Below are positions 1 to 12,601 of a DNA stretch of 64,000 bases, piece by piece. Position 1 is the stretch's first letter; each line of letters opens with the position of its first letter. The position numbers were made by a program, and so were the translations under genes. Source of the stretch: Chiloscyllium plagiosum (lineage: Eukaryota); assembly GCF_004010195.1 (NCBI RefSeq), contig NC_057718.1, positions 22,037,714-22,101,713 on the forward strand. Direction: 5' to 3'. The notes beneath the pieces are model-generated. The model was not told where the DNA came from. It ran no database searches and saw nothing but the letters and a program-made list of their open reading frames with translations.

Positions 1-2525
1 CAATTTCTTTAGTCATCCAGCATTCCCTATACCTACCAGCCTTTCCTTTCACTCTGACAGGAATATACTTTCTCTGGATTCTTGTTATCTCATTTCTGAA
101 GGTTTCCCATTTTCCAGCCATCCCTTTACCTGCAAACATCTGCCTCCAATCAACTTTCAAAAGATCTTGCTTAATACCGTCAAAATTGGCCTTTCTCCAA
201 TTTAGAACTTCAAATTTTAGATCTGATCTATCCTTTTCCATCACTATTTTGAAACGAATAGAATGATGGTCGCTGGCCCCAAAGTGCTCCCCCACTGACA
301 CCTCAGTCACCTGCCCTGCCTTATTTCCCAAGAGTAGGTCAAGCTTTGCACCTTCTCCAGTAGGCACATCCACATACTGAATCAGAAAATTGTCTTGTAC
401 GCACTTAAGAAATTCCTCTCCATCTAAAACTTTAACACTATAGCAGTCCCAGTCGATGTTTGGAAAGTTAAAATCCCCTAACATAACTACCCTATTATTC
501 TTACAGATAGCTGAGATCTCCTTACAAATTTGTTTCTCAATTTCCCTCTAACTATTAGGGGGTCTATAATACAATCCCAATAATGTGATCACCCTTTTCT
601 TATTTCTCAGTTCCATCCAAATAACTTCCCTGTATGTATTTCCGGGAATATCCTTCCTCAGCACAGCTGTAATGTTATCCCTTATCAAAAATGCCACTCC
701 CTCTCCTCTCCTGCCTCCCTTTCTGTCCTTCCTGTAGCACTTGTATCTTGGAACATTAAGCTGCCAGCCATGCCCATCCCTGAGCCACATTTCTGTAATT
801 GCTATGATATGCCAGTCCCATGTTCCTAACCATGCCCTGAGTTCATCTGCCTTCCCTGTTAGGCCCCTTGCATTGAAATAAATGCAGTTTAATTTATTAG
901 TCCTACCTTGTCCCTGCCTGCCCTGACTGTTTGACTCACTTCTGTTCTCAACTGTACCAGTCTCAGATTGATCTCTTTCCTCACTATCTCCCTTGGCCAC
1001 CTCCCCCCATCTTACTAGTTTAAATCCTCCCGAGCAGTTTTAGCACATTTCCCTGCCAGTATATTATTCCCCTTCCAATTTAGGTGTAATCCGTCCTTCT
1101 TGTACAGGTCACTTCTACCCCAAAAGAGATTCCAATGATTCAAAAATGTGAATCATTCTCCTACACACCAGCTCCTCAGCCATGCATTCATCTGCTCTAT
1201 CCTCCTATCCCTGCCCTCACTAGCTCATAGCACTGGGAGTAATCCAGATATTACTACCCTTGAGGACCTCCTTTTTAAATTTCTGCCTAATTCTCTGTAA
1301 TCTCCCTTCAGAATCTCAACCTTTTCCCTTCCTATATTGGTGGTTCCAATGTGGACAATGACCTCTTGCTGGCCCCTCTCCCCCATGAGAACATTCTGCA
1401 TCCTCTCTGAGACATCCTTGATCCTGGCACCAGGGAAACAATACACCATTCTGCTTTTTCTCCGCTGACCACAGAAACGTCTGTCTGTTCCTTGGACTAC
1501 AGAATCCCCTACCACAATTGATCTCTTGGAAGCCGACGTACTCCTCGTTACGTTAGAGCCAGTCTCAATACCAGAAACTTGGCTGTTCGTGCTATGTTCC
1601 CCTGAAAATCCATCACCCCCTACATTTTCCAAAACTGTTTGAAATGGGTATATCCACAAAAGACTCCTGCACTAGCTGCCTACCCCTCTTACCTTTCCTG
1701 GAATTAACCCATCTATGTGACTGTATCTGAGACTTTCCTCCCTTCCTATAACTGCCAACCGTCATATATTGTTGCTGTTGCAAATTCCTCATGACTTCTA
1801 ACTGTCTCTCCATTCGATCTGATAAGATTCGCATTCAACAGCATTTATGGCAGATATAATCAGCAGTAACCCTTAAACTCTCTTTAAACTCCCATATCTG
1901 ACAAGGAGTACATATCACGGCAAAGGCCATTTTTGCTCCTTCACAAACTACAGACCCAGAAAATAACACCGTCTTATTCCTTTACAAAACACTGCACCAG
2001 ATTAAATTAATAGCTATGGCTTATATTTTAAGTTTTATCAAGAGACTTATCTCCAAAAACATCTAATCAAGAAAGAACCCACTGTACTCACTACTGCAGC
2101 CTTTCTATTGGATAGACTTAAAACAATGATTAACTTATCTGATTCTGTGTTGTGAAATTCACCCAAACAGGTTCCTCCAAGATTAGTTGTGAAATTCACT
2201 GTTTGTTAATTTTCCCAGGCGCACTCCGATGTCCAGCGATACATGAATTCAAACAGCAAAGGCAGTAACTGTGCAGGTTCGCTTTCCTCTCCTGCACTGT
2301 CCTCATCTTGTGCTTCCTTTGTCTGTTCTTCTCCCTTTTAAAACAGCTGTTGTTTTGACTTTTTTTTCCCAAAGTTCCAAAACAATGCAACAGCATATAA
2401 AACAGTAATTGCTGCTCCTGGAATTCGAGGAAATCACCTCCAGCACCTAAAATACCTCAAAAAAAGGAGCAGCTGTTACAGCCAGAAATTTTTCCCGTCC
2501 TCCATCTTGGATTACCCAGAATGCT
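1..2525 (-). mobile_element. CR1-clade LINE (HER1-like), 5' half: 5'UTR, ORF1 and start of ORF2; continues left of the window
   Basis: ORF 548-1000 encodes an APE endonuclease N-terminus (LNCIYFNARGL...IIAITEMWL). ORF 1225-1659 has an SGNH-esterase block (SIVVGDSVV...VHIGTTNI). Homologous to 18908-21027 and 34692-38685. Right boundary approximate. Confidence 0.9.
1000..1930 (-). pseudogene. Disrupted CR1 ORF1 (CxxC-x16-CxxC zinc finger, coiled coil, SGNH esterase domain)
   Basis: Manual translation from ATG at 1930: MAFAVICTPCQIWEFKESLRVTADYICHKCC*MRILSDRMERQLEV..., then frameshifted into the GDS-containing ORF 1225-1659. Left boundary approximate. Confidence 0.8.
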
Positions 2526-2783
2526 TCTTTGGATCCAGCAGCTTTTTCAATACTACTGCTAAAAACCAAACCAAACCAAACCACAGGAAAGCTGAGCTGG
2601 AAGAACAAGCCACACCCCTTTCATTGTACTATTTTTTTTTACATGGACGCCTTCCTGAGGCAATATCTGTTAGCTATAATCAAATTGATCCTGAAACACC
2701 TCAATCTCAGACTTTTCAGAGTCTGTGTCTCTGAAAAAAAACCGAGGACAACATAACCTTTTTCAAGGAGCAGTATCATCACA
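2526..2783 (-). mobile_element. Partial LTR (same family as 44550-45128), interrupted by the CR1 insertion on its left
   Basis: Ends ...GGACAACATAACCTTTTTCAAGGAGCAGTATCATCACA, matching ...GGACAACATAACCTTGTTAAAGGAGCAGCATTGTCACA at 45091-45128. Also shares the AAACCAAACC and CCTTTCATTGT motifs. Confidence 0.75.
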
Positions 2784-4565
2784 CTACCTCACTATCACCA
2801 GGCATGCGACTGCCTTCTGTTTTGTTATGTGTCCAAGCCAAGAAAGCTATTTCTGTTTCATTAGTGCCAACACTCTTGGAAGCTCTGCTCCAAAGGACTG
2901 ATCTCGCCCTGCTAGAACACATTATAGGCAGCAAAGATGGAAATTGTTGAGCATTATTTCTTGATAGAGTGAAATAGCAAGGTGCTGAGAGCACAGGGCT
3001 CAGGGTTAGCTCCTACCACAATCTTCAATTCAGAGACCAGAGTGCTACCAGTGAGCCAGTGCTGACACTGTAAACTGTTAAAGAAAAATCACACATTTAA
3101 ACATGCATTGTAACAGCCCTCTGCCATTGTTCTGCATAGCAAATTTTCTTACACTATTCATTTTATGTTTTTAGCTTCTCCCTTATTTTCTCCAAACGAG
3201 AATAAGATCATGAATAATATAATGAAAATAAACACACAATGCAATAATATTAATTTTAACAAAGCGATAAATACTTTTTGTATACATTATTGCTTGAAAA
3301 TCCAATAATATCAATAAAAATGAGCTTTAAATAGTTCTCTCCTCATACATAAATCAACTATTTACAATTATAAAACTCAGATTACAAATTACAAAACCCA
3401 GAATACTCTTAATTCCAATTATTTCAATCAGTAATGGGTTTAATTAGGATGGCTTTGCTGAACAATTATTATTAAGATTGCCATATGCTGGATTAGAAAA
3501 TGGGTCAGAACCCTGGAAGAGCTAAGGCCATTGCTAGATACAAATGTGGATTGGCTAGAAGGCCTGACTGAGGGAACCAGCACTGTGTACAAAGTTTAAA
3601 ACATGAAAAGCCCATCTTGCCTTCATTCTCTCAAACCCTTGTGCACTCCCCTCGCTCCATCCATGTCACCTGATGCCAAAGTTTCAGACCTCCCACTCTC
3701 CTCATGGCCCTCATTACCCTTCACAGATACCAATGTGCATCTGACACCCTTGAGACATCTCATATCCTATATGAGCCAACCTATAGCTTGAGAGCCCCTC
3801 TGCAATCTTAATGCCAATTTATAGTCCCCACCAACAACCTTTACCCTTTCACTTCCAATGCCAACTCACATGGATAGACCTCAGGGCCCGTGCAGAGATT
3901 AGATAAATTAAATTATATAACATAATGTATTAAGTGTTGACTTTAGACTTCATGAAACTGATATAAACACACATACAACAACTACTACATTTGAATTCCT
4001 ACAACTAAATTAACAAACATTTCATTACAGTCCCATTTCACAGCAATGAAACTGTTAAGTAGCAGGCATCCTGCTGTGATAATGGATGGTTAAGAAATCA
4101 GTCATACTGCATTAACCTAGTAAAAGAAGTTCATATTTATGTCAACAGATAAAGGTGAAATAGCAAGTGATCATGTTTTGATAGCATTCCAGTTTCTACA
4201 AAAGTTTAAAAGGCTGGAATTTAGATGATTTAAAAGTTTGACAGGAACTTTCCACTTATTCTCTTTTTATAACTCCCTTTGACAAGTCCTCTTGACAGTT
4301 CTCTTTAACAAGTGCTATCGACAGGTTTGACAGTTGATTTTGACAGATTTATTAACAATTCCGAAAAGCTTGACAGTTATATGTTTATGCATTTTTACAC
4401 ACAACTTTGCATATATTCAACCATTCCACAAGGCACCTGATCCCTCCCAAAGATCATCTGAACTTCCCCAAGTGGCACACTGCCTATCCAAACTAATCCA
4501 CTGAGTTCAGACTTGATCTTACCAGGACTGATCTTCACAGTTAAGATTTTACAATACGGGGGATC

Positions 4566-4577
4566 CAAGATGGCGGC
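4566..4577 (+). promoter_or_regulatory. YY1-type site at the L1 5' end (internal promoter)
   Basis: CAAGATGGCGGC is a YY1 consensus match 8 nt inside the element's 5' end, analogous to the mammalian L1 YY1 site. Confidence 0.65.
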
Positions 4578-4728
4578 GACCCAGCAAGTCTGAGTCTACA
4601 GTGCTCCTCCCAAGACTTGGGTAAAGTGGGTCACCCACCCCCACCACACTCACCAAATCATTTATAATAGCTGTTTAATTTAATTAGTTGTTTAATATTA
4701 AACTTAAACAATCTAATCCTTAGTAAAA

Positions 4729-5492
4729 ATGACGAAAGGGAAGGGAGCCCGCAGCTCTCAACAAGCAGGAACCCCTCCCCCACCCTCTCCAGCTGCAGCT
4801 GAGGCGTCCACAGCCGCCCCGGTGGACTTACCAACGGTGACAAGCCTTGTAGAAATGATCTCCAAGCTGGTCACGAAGATCGACGCTTTCATTGAAGAAT
4901 CCCTAAATCGATGGGACTCACTCTCGGCCGCGCTGCAGAAGCATGACCGAGACATCCAGGAAATCGAGCGACCTCCGAAACTACAGCATAATTGGCCGTG
5001 GATCAGGTCCGGACTCTCGAACAGCGAGTCCGGACCTTAGAGAATTACATTGACGACCTCGATAATCGTAATTCCTCCAGCAGTGGCTGCCAGAGCTTTT
5101 AAATCTGGAAGCTGGATCAGGCCAGGTAAGGGTAGAATGCGCCTACCGGGTCGCAATACGTGGGCCCGGCTTGAACCAGCGCCCACGCCCGGTCCTGTTC
5201 CGGCTGCAAAGCTATAGGGAGAGGCAGATACTCCTAGAAGCCTCTAGAAATCTCGAAAAAGACCCCCAAGCTATGATCTATAAAGGATCCAAGATCATGT
5301 TATTCCAGGACTTTTCCCCAACTCTGGTCCGAAAGAGGAAGGCATTCGACGAGGCGAAGAAGCGTTCAAGGGACTTAAATATTCAGTAACTCCTTACGCT
5401 ACCCAGCGACGTTACGCTTTAACCATGAAGGATCCGTACATAACTTCGGATCGCCAGAAAAGGCTAAGGAATTCTTGGACTCTCTTAAATAA
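4729..5492 (+). pseudogene. L1 ORF1 (Transposase_22-type RNA-binding protein), frameshifted and internally deleted
   Basis: MTKGKGARSS... coiled-coil region, then PRPVLFRLQSYRERQILL...YKGSKIMLFQDFSPTLVRKRKAF. After a +1 frameshift near 5388 it reads SLRYPATLRFNHEGSVHNFGSPEKAKEFLDSLK* (TAA 5490-5492). Confidence 0.85.
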
Positions 5493-5654
5493 ACTGTAAA
5501 ACATAATGGATGTTGGTTTGCCTTTCCCCCTGCTTTGGTTTATATTCCCCCCTTTTTTTTCTCTTCGTACCTTACTGTTTAATATTATTATGGGGGGTGG
5601 GGAGAGGGATTTGATTTTCTCCCCCCCTTGGGGTTGTTTTCTTTTATTATTTTA

Positions 5655-5735
5655 TGTATATATGAGGGATGTAGGTATATGTGTGTGTGTGTGTATATAT
5701 ATGTATGTATGTATGTGTGTATATATATATGTATA
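5655..5735. repeat. (TG)n/(TA)n/(TATG)n compound microsatellite in the L1 inter-ORF spacer
   Basis: gtgtgtgtgtgtgtatatatatgtatgtatgtatgtgtgtatatatatatgta. Confidence 0.85.
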
Positions 5736-6248
5736 GTTTGGTTAATGTTGGTGGGGGGAGGTGGTTACCTTATTCAATTTTACCTCTGTCTTTAGGAGCG
5801 GGGTTGTTTCTCCCTTGTTATTTTGTATTAGCATATTTTATTATTATTTGTTGAGGTTGTAATTTTATAGTTATATGTTTACATATGGTATTAACATTAC
5901 CAAATATATCCAGGTGTCGGTATGGGTGGGGGTAGGGTGCTCACTGTTAACGCTAGCTTTGTATTATATTTGAATTCTCCTCATTTTATTGAGGAGCGCC
6001 TGGGTCCAGGGTGGGGCATTGGTTGGGAGAGGATATGATGGACTTTTGGAGAGGAAGTGACACCCCCTGGGAACAAGGGGGAAAATCTCCACTCAGATGC
6101 GTTTTATATTTTTTTTATTTAGAAATAGTTTTTTATTGTATTGTTGTGAGTGTATTAGAGAGGCTTTATTTTTGTAAATTTTATATGCTCTACGCTCTGG
6201 ATGTTCTGGATAGGGTTCCCCCTCCCGAGGGGTCTCGGATTTGCCCAG

Positions 6249-9200
6249 ATGGTTATGGTTGATCAGTCGGTTAAGTGGTGCACCTGGAATGTCAAGGGGA
6301 ATAATTCGCCAGTCAAAAGAAAGAAAATATTATCAAATCTTAAGAAGGAAGGAGTTGATATAGCTCTCCTACAGAAGACACACCTGTCAGATAAAGAACA
6401 CTTGAAATTACGACAGGATGGATTTGATCAGGCCTTTTTTTCTTCTTTTAGCTCAAAAAGCAGGGGAGTTGTTATTCTTGTTCGGAAGAATTTCCCTTTC
6501 AAAATCCTAAAGCAGATAAAAGACGAACCTGGACGATATATCTTGATTAAAGCCCTCATAAATGGAGAGGAATATGGGATTTTAAATTTGTACTGCCCCC
6601 CGGCACACCCCTCTAAATTTATAACGGAAGCCTTTTCAAAATTGATGGCTTTTGATATCCGTCATATAATTATAGGGGGAGACTTTAATTGTATTATGGA
6701 TCCGGAAATAGACAGGATTCCAAAGAGTACTGCAGGAGTATCTCCCAGATCTAGACAATTGATGGATCTGAACAAAGAATTAGGATTAGTAGATGTATGG
6801 AGATGTCTTCATCCACAGGGTAGAGATTTTTCTTTCTACTCTAATCCACATAAATGTCAAACCAGAATTGATATGTTTTTTGCCCCCTCAATTTTTTTAA
6901 ATTCCATATCATCCTGTAAAATAAGTAATATAGCAATTTCTGACCACGCTGCTGTATATATGGAAACTAAGGCGAGGAACAATGGGACATCCCCTCGGCA
7001 TTGGCGTATGGACCCCTTCTTAATGAAAGATAGTAAATTTGTAAAGTACTTCTCGCAAGAATTTAAAACTTTTTTAGAAATTAATTCAGGTACAGCTAGC
7101 AACCCATCAATGATGTGGGAGACCATCAAAGCTGACACGCGAGGCTTGATCATCTCCTACTCAGCGACCCAGAAGAAATTAAAGGGAGAACAACAGCGTC
7201 TGCTTGAAGCCCGCTTAAAAGCGGCTGAAACAGCATACACTGATAGACCCTCTATTATTAAATTGCAAAGGATTACAGCTCTTAGGACAGCTCTAAATAC
7301 TACACTTACTCAAACGGCTAAGAGGGAAATATTATTTGCAAAGCAAAGATTATATGAATATGGCGACAAACCGGGTAGATACTTAGCATTTCTTGCAAAG
7401 AAAAAAAAGGCCCCTCAGACTATAATGTCTATCAAGGAAAGTACGGGTATCTTGACTCATGATCATAAAAAGATTAATGCGACCTTTAGAAAATTCTATT
7501 CTGAGTTATATAAATCACAGGATTGTGAAGATAGGACGAAGACGATGCAGTCATTTTTTAAAAATTTGACTTTTCCAGACCTAACTCCGGAACAAGTATC
7601 GGTCCTAAATGCTCCTCTTACACCCCAAGAAATAGTTGATGCAATTAGGCACCTTCAAAATGGTAACGCGCCGGGCCCAGATGGTTTTCAAGCTGAATTC
7701 TATAAAGAATTTACAGAAATACTGGTGGGTCCACTTATGGACATGTATAACTATGCATATAATCAGGGCTGTCTCCCGCCTTTGCTAAAAGAGCCAAATA
7801 TCTCTCTTATCCTTAAAAAAGGAAAAGACCCAGAAGATTGTACATCATACAGACCAATATCCTTGCTAAATGTAGATTTTAAAATCCTCTCTAAAACGTT
7901 AGCACTGAGATTAGAAAGGATACTGCCACATATTATAAAGGAGGATCAGACGGGGTTTATTAAGGGCCGTAGATCATCCAATAATGTTAGAAGGGCTCTA
8001 AATATGATTCAAGCTTGTCATCAGGGAAAGATACCAGGAGTAGTGGTTTCATTAGACGCGGAAAAGGCATCTGATAGGGTCGAATGGTCATATTTGTTTT
8101 ACACATTGGAAAGGTTTGGCGTTGNNNNNNNNNNNNNNNNNNNNNNNNNNNNNNNNNNNNNNNNNNNNNNNNNNNNNNNNNNNNNNNNNNNNNNNNNNNN
8201 NNNNNNNNNNNNNNNNNNNNNNNNNNNNNNNNNNNNNNNNNNNNNNNNNNNNNNNNNNNNNNNNNNNNNNNNNNNNNNNNNNNNNNNNNNNNNNNNNNNN
8301 NNNNNNNNNNNNNNNNNNNNNNNNNNNNNNNNNNNNNNNNNNNNNNNNNNNNNNNNNNNNNNNNNNNNNNNNNNNNNNNNNNNNNNNNNNNNNNNNNNNN
8401 NNNNNNNNNNNNNNNNNNNNNNNNNNNNNNNNNNNNNNNNNNNNNNNNNNNNNNNNNNNNNNNNNNNNNNNNNNNNNNNNNNNNNNNNNNNNNNNNNNNN
8501 NNNNNNNNNNNNNNNNNNNNNNNNNNNNNNNNNNNNNNNNNNNNNNNNNNNNNNNNNNNNNNNNNNNNNNNNNNNNNNNNNNNNNNNNNNNNNNNNNNNN
8601 NNNNNNNNNNNNNNNNNNNNNNNNNNNNNNNNNNNNNNNNNNNNNNNNNNNNNNNNNNNNNNNNNNNNNNNNNNNNNNNNNNNNNNNNNNNNNNNNNNNN
8701 NNNNNNNNNNNNNNNNNNNNNNNNNNNNNNNNNNNNNNNNNNNNNNNNNNNNNNNNNNNNNNNNNNNNNNNNNNNNNNNNNNNNNNNNNNNNNNNNNNNN
8801 NNNNNNNNNNNNNNNNNNNNNNNNNNNNNNNNNTGTAACAGAGCCCAGGCTATCCAGCTGAAGATACTTCATAGGGCCCATATAGCACCGGTTCGATTGG
8901 CAAAATTTAAGGCAGGAGCATCTCCAATGTGTCCTAAATGCAAAATAGAGGTGGGCACTCTTGTACATTGCTTATGGACCTGTCATAAGGTCCGTAGATA
9001 TTGGACTAAAGTAGCAAGTACCCTGACAGAAATTTTAGGAACGGAAATTAAAGTGGACCCTGTATCTCTCCTTTTGGGCTTTTCGAACTTTCCCTCCCTG
9101 GACATGTACGGGAAGAGACTATTTTCTATTCTTTCTTTCTGTGCAAGGAAAAATATTTTGGTGAACTGTGTGGCTGAGGGCCCCCCTGGACTTTCAAATT

Positions 9201-9357
9201 GGCACAGATTAATTATGGAATGTATTCCCCTTGACTTCCTTACAAATATGGTGCACCGAAAGACTGAAAGACCGAATTATTTTATAAAATATGGCAGCCC
9301 TTCTTGAATTATATAAATACAGATATTTCGGCTATCGTGACAAAGGCTTTTATTTAA
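6249..9357 (+). CDS. L1 ORF2: APE endonuclease, reverse transcriptase, CCHC zinc knuckle (gap inside; frameshift near the C-terminus)
   Basis: Open for ~625 codons before the gap: TWNVKG, GGDFN, RIDMFF, ISDH, PGPDG, YRPISLLNVDFKIL, QTGFIKGR, LDAEKASDRV. After the gap: CPKC-x8-HCLWTC. An 8-nt duplication (GAAAGACT/GAAAGACC, ~9257-9272) shifts the frame; the original frame ends at TAA 9355-9357. Confidence 0.9.
8125..8833. other. Assembly gap (709 N)
   Basis: Run of N. Confidence 1.
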
Positions 9358-11584
9358 TTGAGATTACAAACCTGGCTGGTCCGGGGCCGCTTAGGAGAGG
9401 AATCCCGCATGAATACGGGTTTTATTACATTTGATGTTAATACATTCCGAGCATGTAAGAGACTTAAATATACACTCTGGTTAGTTGTAGGTTAGATTAG
9501 TAGATAGTTGAGTTTTGTTTTTTTGTCTTTTTCGGTATTTTTTTTTCTTTTCTCTTGTTAAATTTTGGCTATTGTATATTTGATTTAATTGTATATCAAT
9601 GTTTATATTTGAGAGTTTTGTTTATTTTTGTAAACTTGTAAAAATGTTAAATTTCTAATAAAAATATCTATATAAAAAAAATTTTTACAATACAAAGCTA
9701 TCAATATCCCACTTCACTGTGAGCATTTGATGGATGAAATGATTATTTAAGGTAATTTGTCTGAGGAGTATTGAAAGAGGAACTTGTGCTGCTTCAGACT
9801 GGCTATGATAGATGTCTGCAGCCCTCTGCAACAAGATCTGCAGTCTACTTGACCACATGGTCAAACTTTGCTCATGGCAGTGAAAGTAACTACACCCTAA
9901 ACTCCTTTTCATCTGGATCTTTCCAAGTTGCTTAATGCAAATTTTCTACTAATGTTGCTACGTGACATAAATTTGTTTCTGCACATGCCTCTTGTGAGAC
10001 AACTTCTTGAGTTCTATCTAAAAATCTACATATACATCATTTTTAACCTTACCAAACTATCTTCATATTGTCAACTATCATCATAAGTAGCTTGTCTTTA
10101 ACAAATCCGTGTTGATCAATCTACACATTTCTAAATCTTCACTAATTTTACTTAAAATAATGGATTCTAATACATTGACCACATATGACATGATTAACTT
10201 GCCTGTAGATGCTCAGTTTATCCTTCTCTCTTCTTGAGCAGTGTTTTTTTTGTTGACTCCGCTCCTGTCTGTGGCAAAAGTGTCATGCATAATTATGAAA
10301 ATTAGATGATTTCCAAAGACAAAATGGAGAATGCTTATTTAATGAGGGACAGTCAGTACATATTTGTTAAAAGCACACCATGTTTGACTGAATTCCTTAC
10401 TTAATGAACAAAAAGGTTAATTGACCTCCTTCCACAAAGTGAGCTTCAACAATCCTACTACAATTGATGGGGTCAGTAAGTCATTGAATTTGTGTGAGAA
10501 CCAAGTGAGTGAGTAATTGACCCTTTTTAAATGATCTGGAAAGTAGCATTTTTGGTTTGAAAATCACTTATGCTCTGATAAACTCACTGTGCTATGAATT
10601 GGAGAATAGAGCAATATCAAAGGAAGCCTTGTACATCAGATCTGTGCAAGACATTTCAAATAGCTGTTCAGTCAATTTCACTCTCCTGCTCTGTCTCTCT
10701 ATTCCTGCAGGTTTTTCTTCAAGTGTTTATATAAATACCTTCTAAAGGTTACTTTTGAATCTGTATCCACACCTTCTCATCAGTATGTTCTGAATCCTAA
10801 CCACGTGTAATGAAAATCAAACTTTCCTCTTGTAGTTATAAATGCTGCAGAGCTTTAACAATAATCAAATCCTCAGTTATTAGTTAAAACTCAACTCAAC
10901 AGAATTTCACATTTTAAAAAAGGGAAGAAAAGAAAACTGACAAAAGAGAAAGATTAAGCACTATTAGTTAACATGACATCTCATAATAAAAATTTTAATT
11001 TCAATTGTGAATCTCTTTCTTGGTTAGAGGTTCTTGAGAATTCTTTAAATTTTCTTGGACAAAACCAAGTTATGCCATGCTCGTAGGGATTTACTGCACT
11101 CTCTTTAGTTTCTCGGTTATTTTCCAAGATTTCTTTTGGACTCTCCTACTCTGGGGTAGCATGTTGGAAATCAAGCCCAACTATTTCCTGGGTCTGAATT
11201 ATAACCTCACTGTGTTATTCAAGTAAAAAGAAAATGCACACCAGATTGTTTTGCATTATATAAAAAAAGCTAGTGTAATCAAGTTTTTTAAACAACAGCA
11301 AAAAATGGACAAATTGGATTGTCAATCTCTCGGTCTAAAAATTAAACCCATTCCTGAAAATTCCTATACATGTACGGACAGAAACCCAAAGGGTCAAGAC
11401 AAGACAAATATCATGAGAATAGGAAAGAAAAATCACAAAGTCAGAGTCATGCAGCATATAAACAGACCCTTTGGTCCTCATGTCTGTGGTAACCAACAAA
11501 CACCAAATTATATTACCCCATTTAGCTGCATTGATCCATAACCTATGTGCCCTGTCATTTTAAGTGCTCATAGGTGCTTAAATG

Positions 11585-11918
11585 ATTAGATTACTTACAG
11601 ATTAGATTAGATTACTTACAGTGTGGAAACAGGCCCTTCGGCCCAACAAGTCCACACTGACCCGCCGAAGCGCAACCCACCCATACCCCTACATTTACCC
11701 CTTTAACCTAACACTATGGGCAATTTAGCATGGCCAATTCACCTGACCCGCACATCTTTTGGACTGTGGGAGGAAACCGGAGCACCCGGAGGAAACCCAC
11801 GCAGACACGGGGAGAGTGTGCAAACTCCACACAGTCAGTCGTCTGAGTCGGGAATTGAACCCGGGTCTCTGGCGCTGTGAGGCAGCAGTGCTAACCACTG
11901 TGCCACCGTGCCGCGCAC
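11585..11918 (-). mobile_element. HE1/V-SINE-like tRNA-derived SINE
   Basis: Reverse complement has A box (GGTGGCACAGTGG), B box (GGTTCAATTCCC), V-domain core (TGTGTGGAGTTTGCAC...GGGTTTCCTCCGGGTGCTCCGGTTTCCTCCCAC) and (TAATC)n tail. Confidence 0.92.
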
Positions 11919-12227
11919 AATGTTGTCCAAGTACATGCCTCCACCATTATCTCAGGCAGCAGATTCCATATTTTTACCACCCTCTGAGTGAAAAAGATTT
12001 TCCTTAGATCTCCTCGAAACCATTTATTCCTCATCTTAAACTTATGCCCTCTGGTCGTAGACACACTTGTCATGGGGAAAAGATTCTCATGATCTACCTT
12101 ATCTACGCCTCTCAGAATTTTGTATATCTCAATCAGACACCCCCTCAGCCTCCTTTGTTGCAAGGAAAACAAACCCAGCATATCCAGTCGCTCCTCATAA
12201 CTGAAACTTTTCATCCCAAGCAACATT

Positions 12228-12495
12228 GAATTGAATTGAATTTATTGTCACGTGTACCGAGGCACAGTGAAAAGTTTTGTCTTGCGAGCAATACAGGCAG
12301 ATCACAGAGTTAAGTAGCATAGATAAGTAAATAATAAATAAGCAGCAGCAAAAACAAAAACACAGGTACAGGCGAATGTTAAGAGTTTGTGAGTCCATTC
12401 ACTATTGTAACAACAGTAGGATAGAAACTGTTTTGAAACCGGCTGGTGCATGTGTTCAGGCTTCTGTACCTTTTCCCCGACGGTAGGGGTTGTAG
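12228..12495 (-). mobile_element. 5'-truncated LINE 3' end with (TTCAA)n tail, probably Rex1/Babar-like
   Basis: (TTGAA)3 tail then TTTATTGTCAC..., CAGGCTTCTGTACCT...CCGACGGTAG. Interrupts the CR1 sequence GCAACATT|CTAGTGAATCTCC. Family assignment is by recollection of similar ends. Confidence 0.5.
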
Positions 12496-12601
12496 ATTCT
12501 AGTGAATCTCCTCTGCACCCTCTGCAGTGCAGTCACATTGTTCCAATAGGGTGGCGACCAGAAATGCACACGGTATTCCATCTGGCCCAGCCAATGTTTT
12601 A

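Larger units (their letters stand above)
4558..9682 (+). mobile_element. Near full-length L1-clade non-LTR retrotransposon
   Basis: 5' GGGGGATCCAAGATGGCGGCG start, ORF1, long spacer, ORF2 (EN-RT-CCHC), AATAAA and A-rich tail. TSD TTTTACAATAC at 4547-4557 and 9683-9693. TTAAGA target context on the left. 709-N gap at 8125-8833. Confidence 0.95.

Noticed and set aside
8084..8968. Long ORFs made of X residues
   Set aside because: Artefacts of the N gap.
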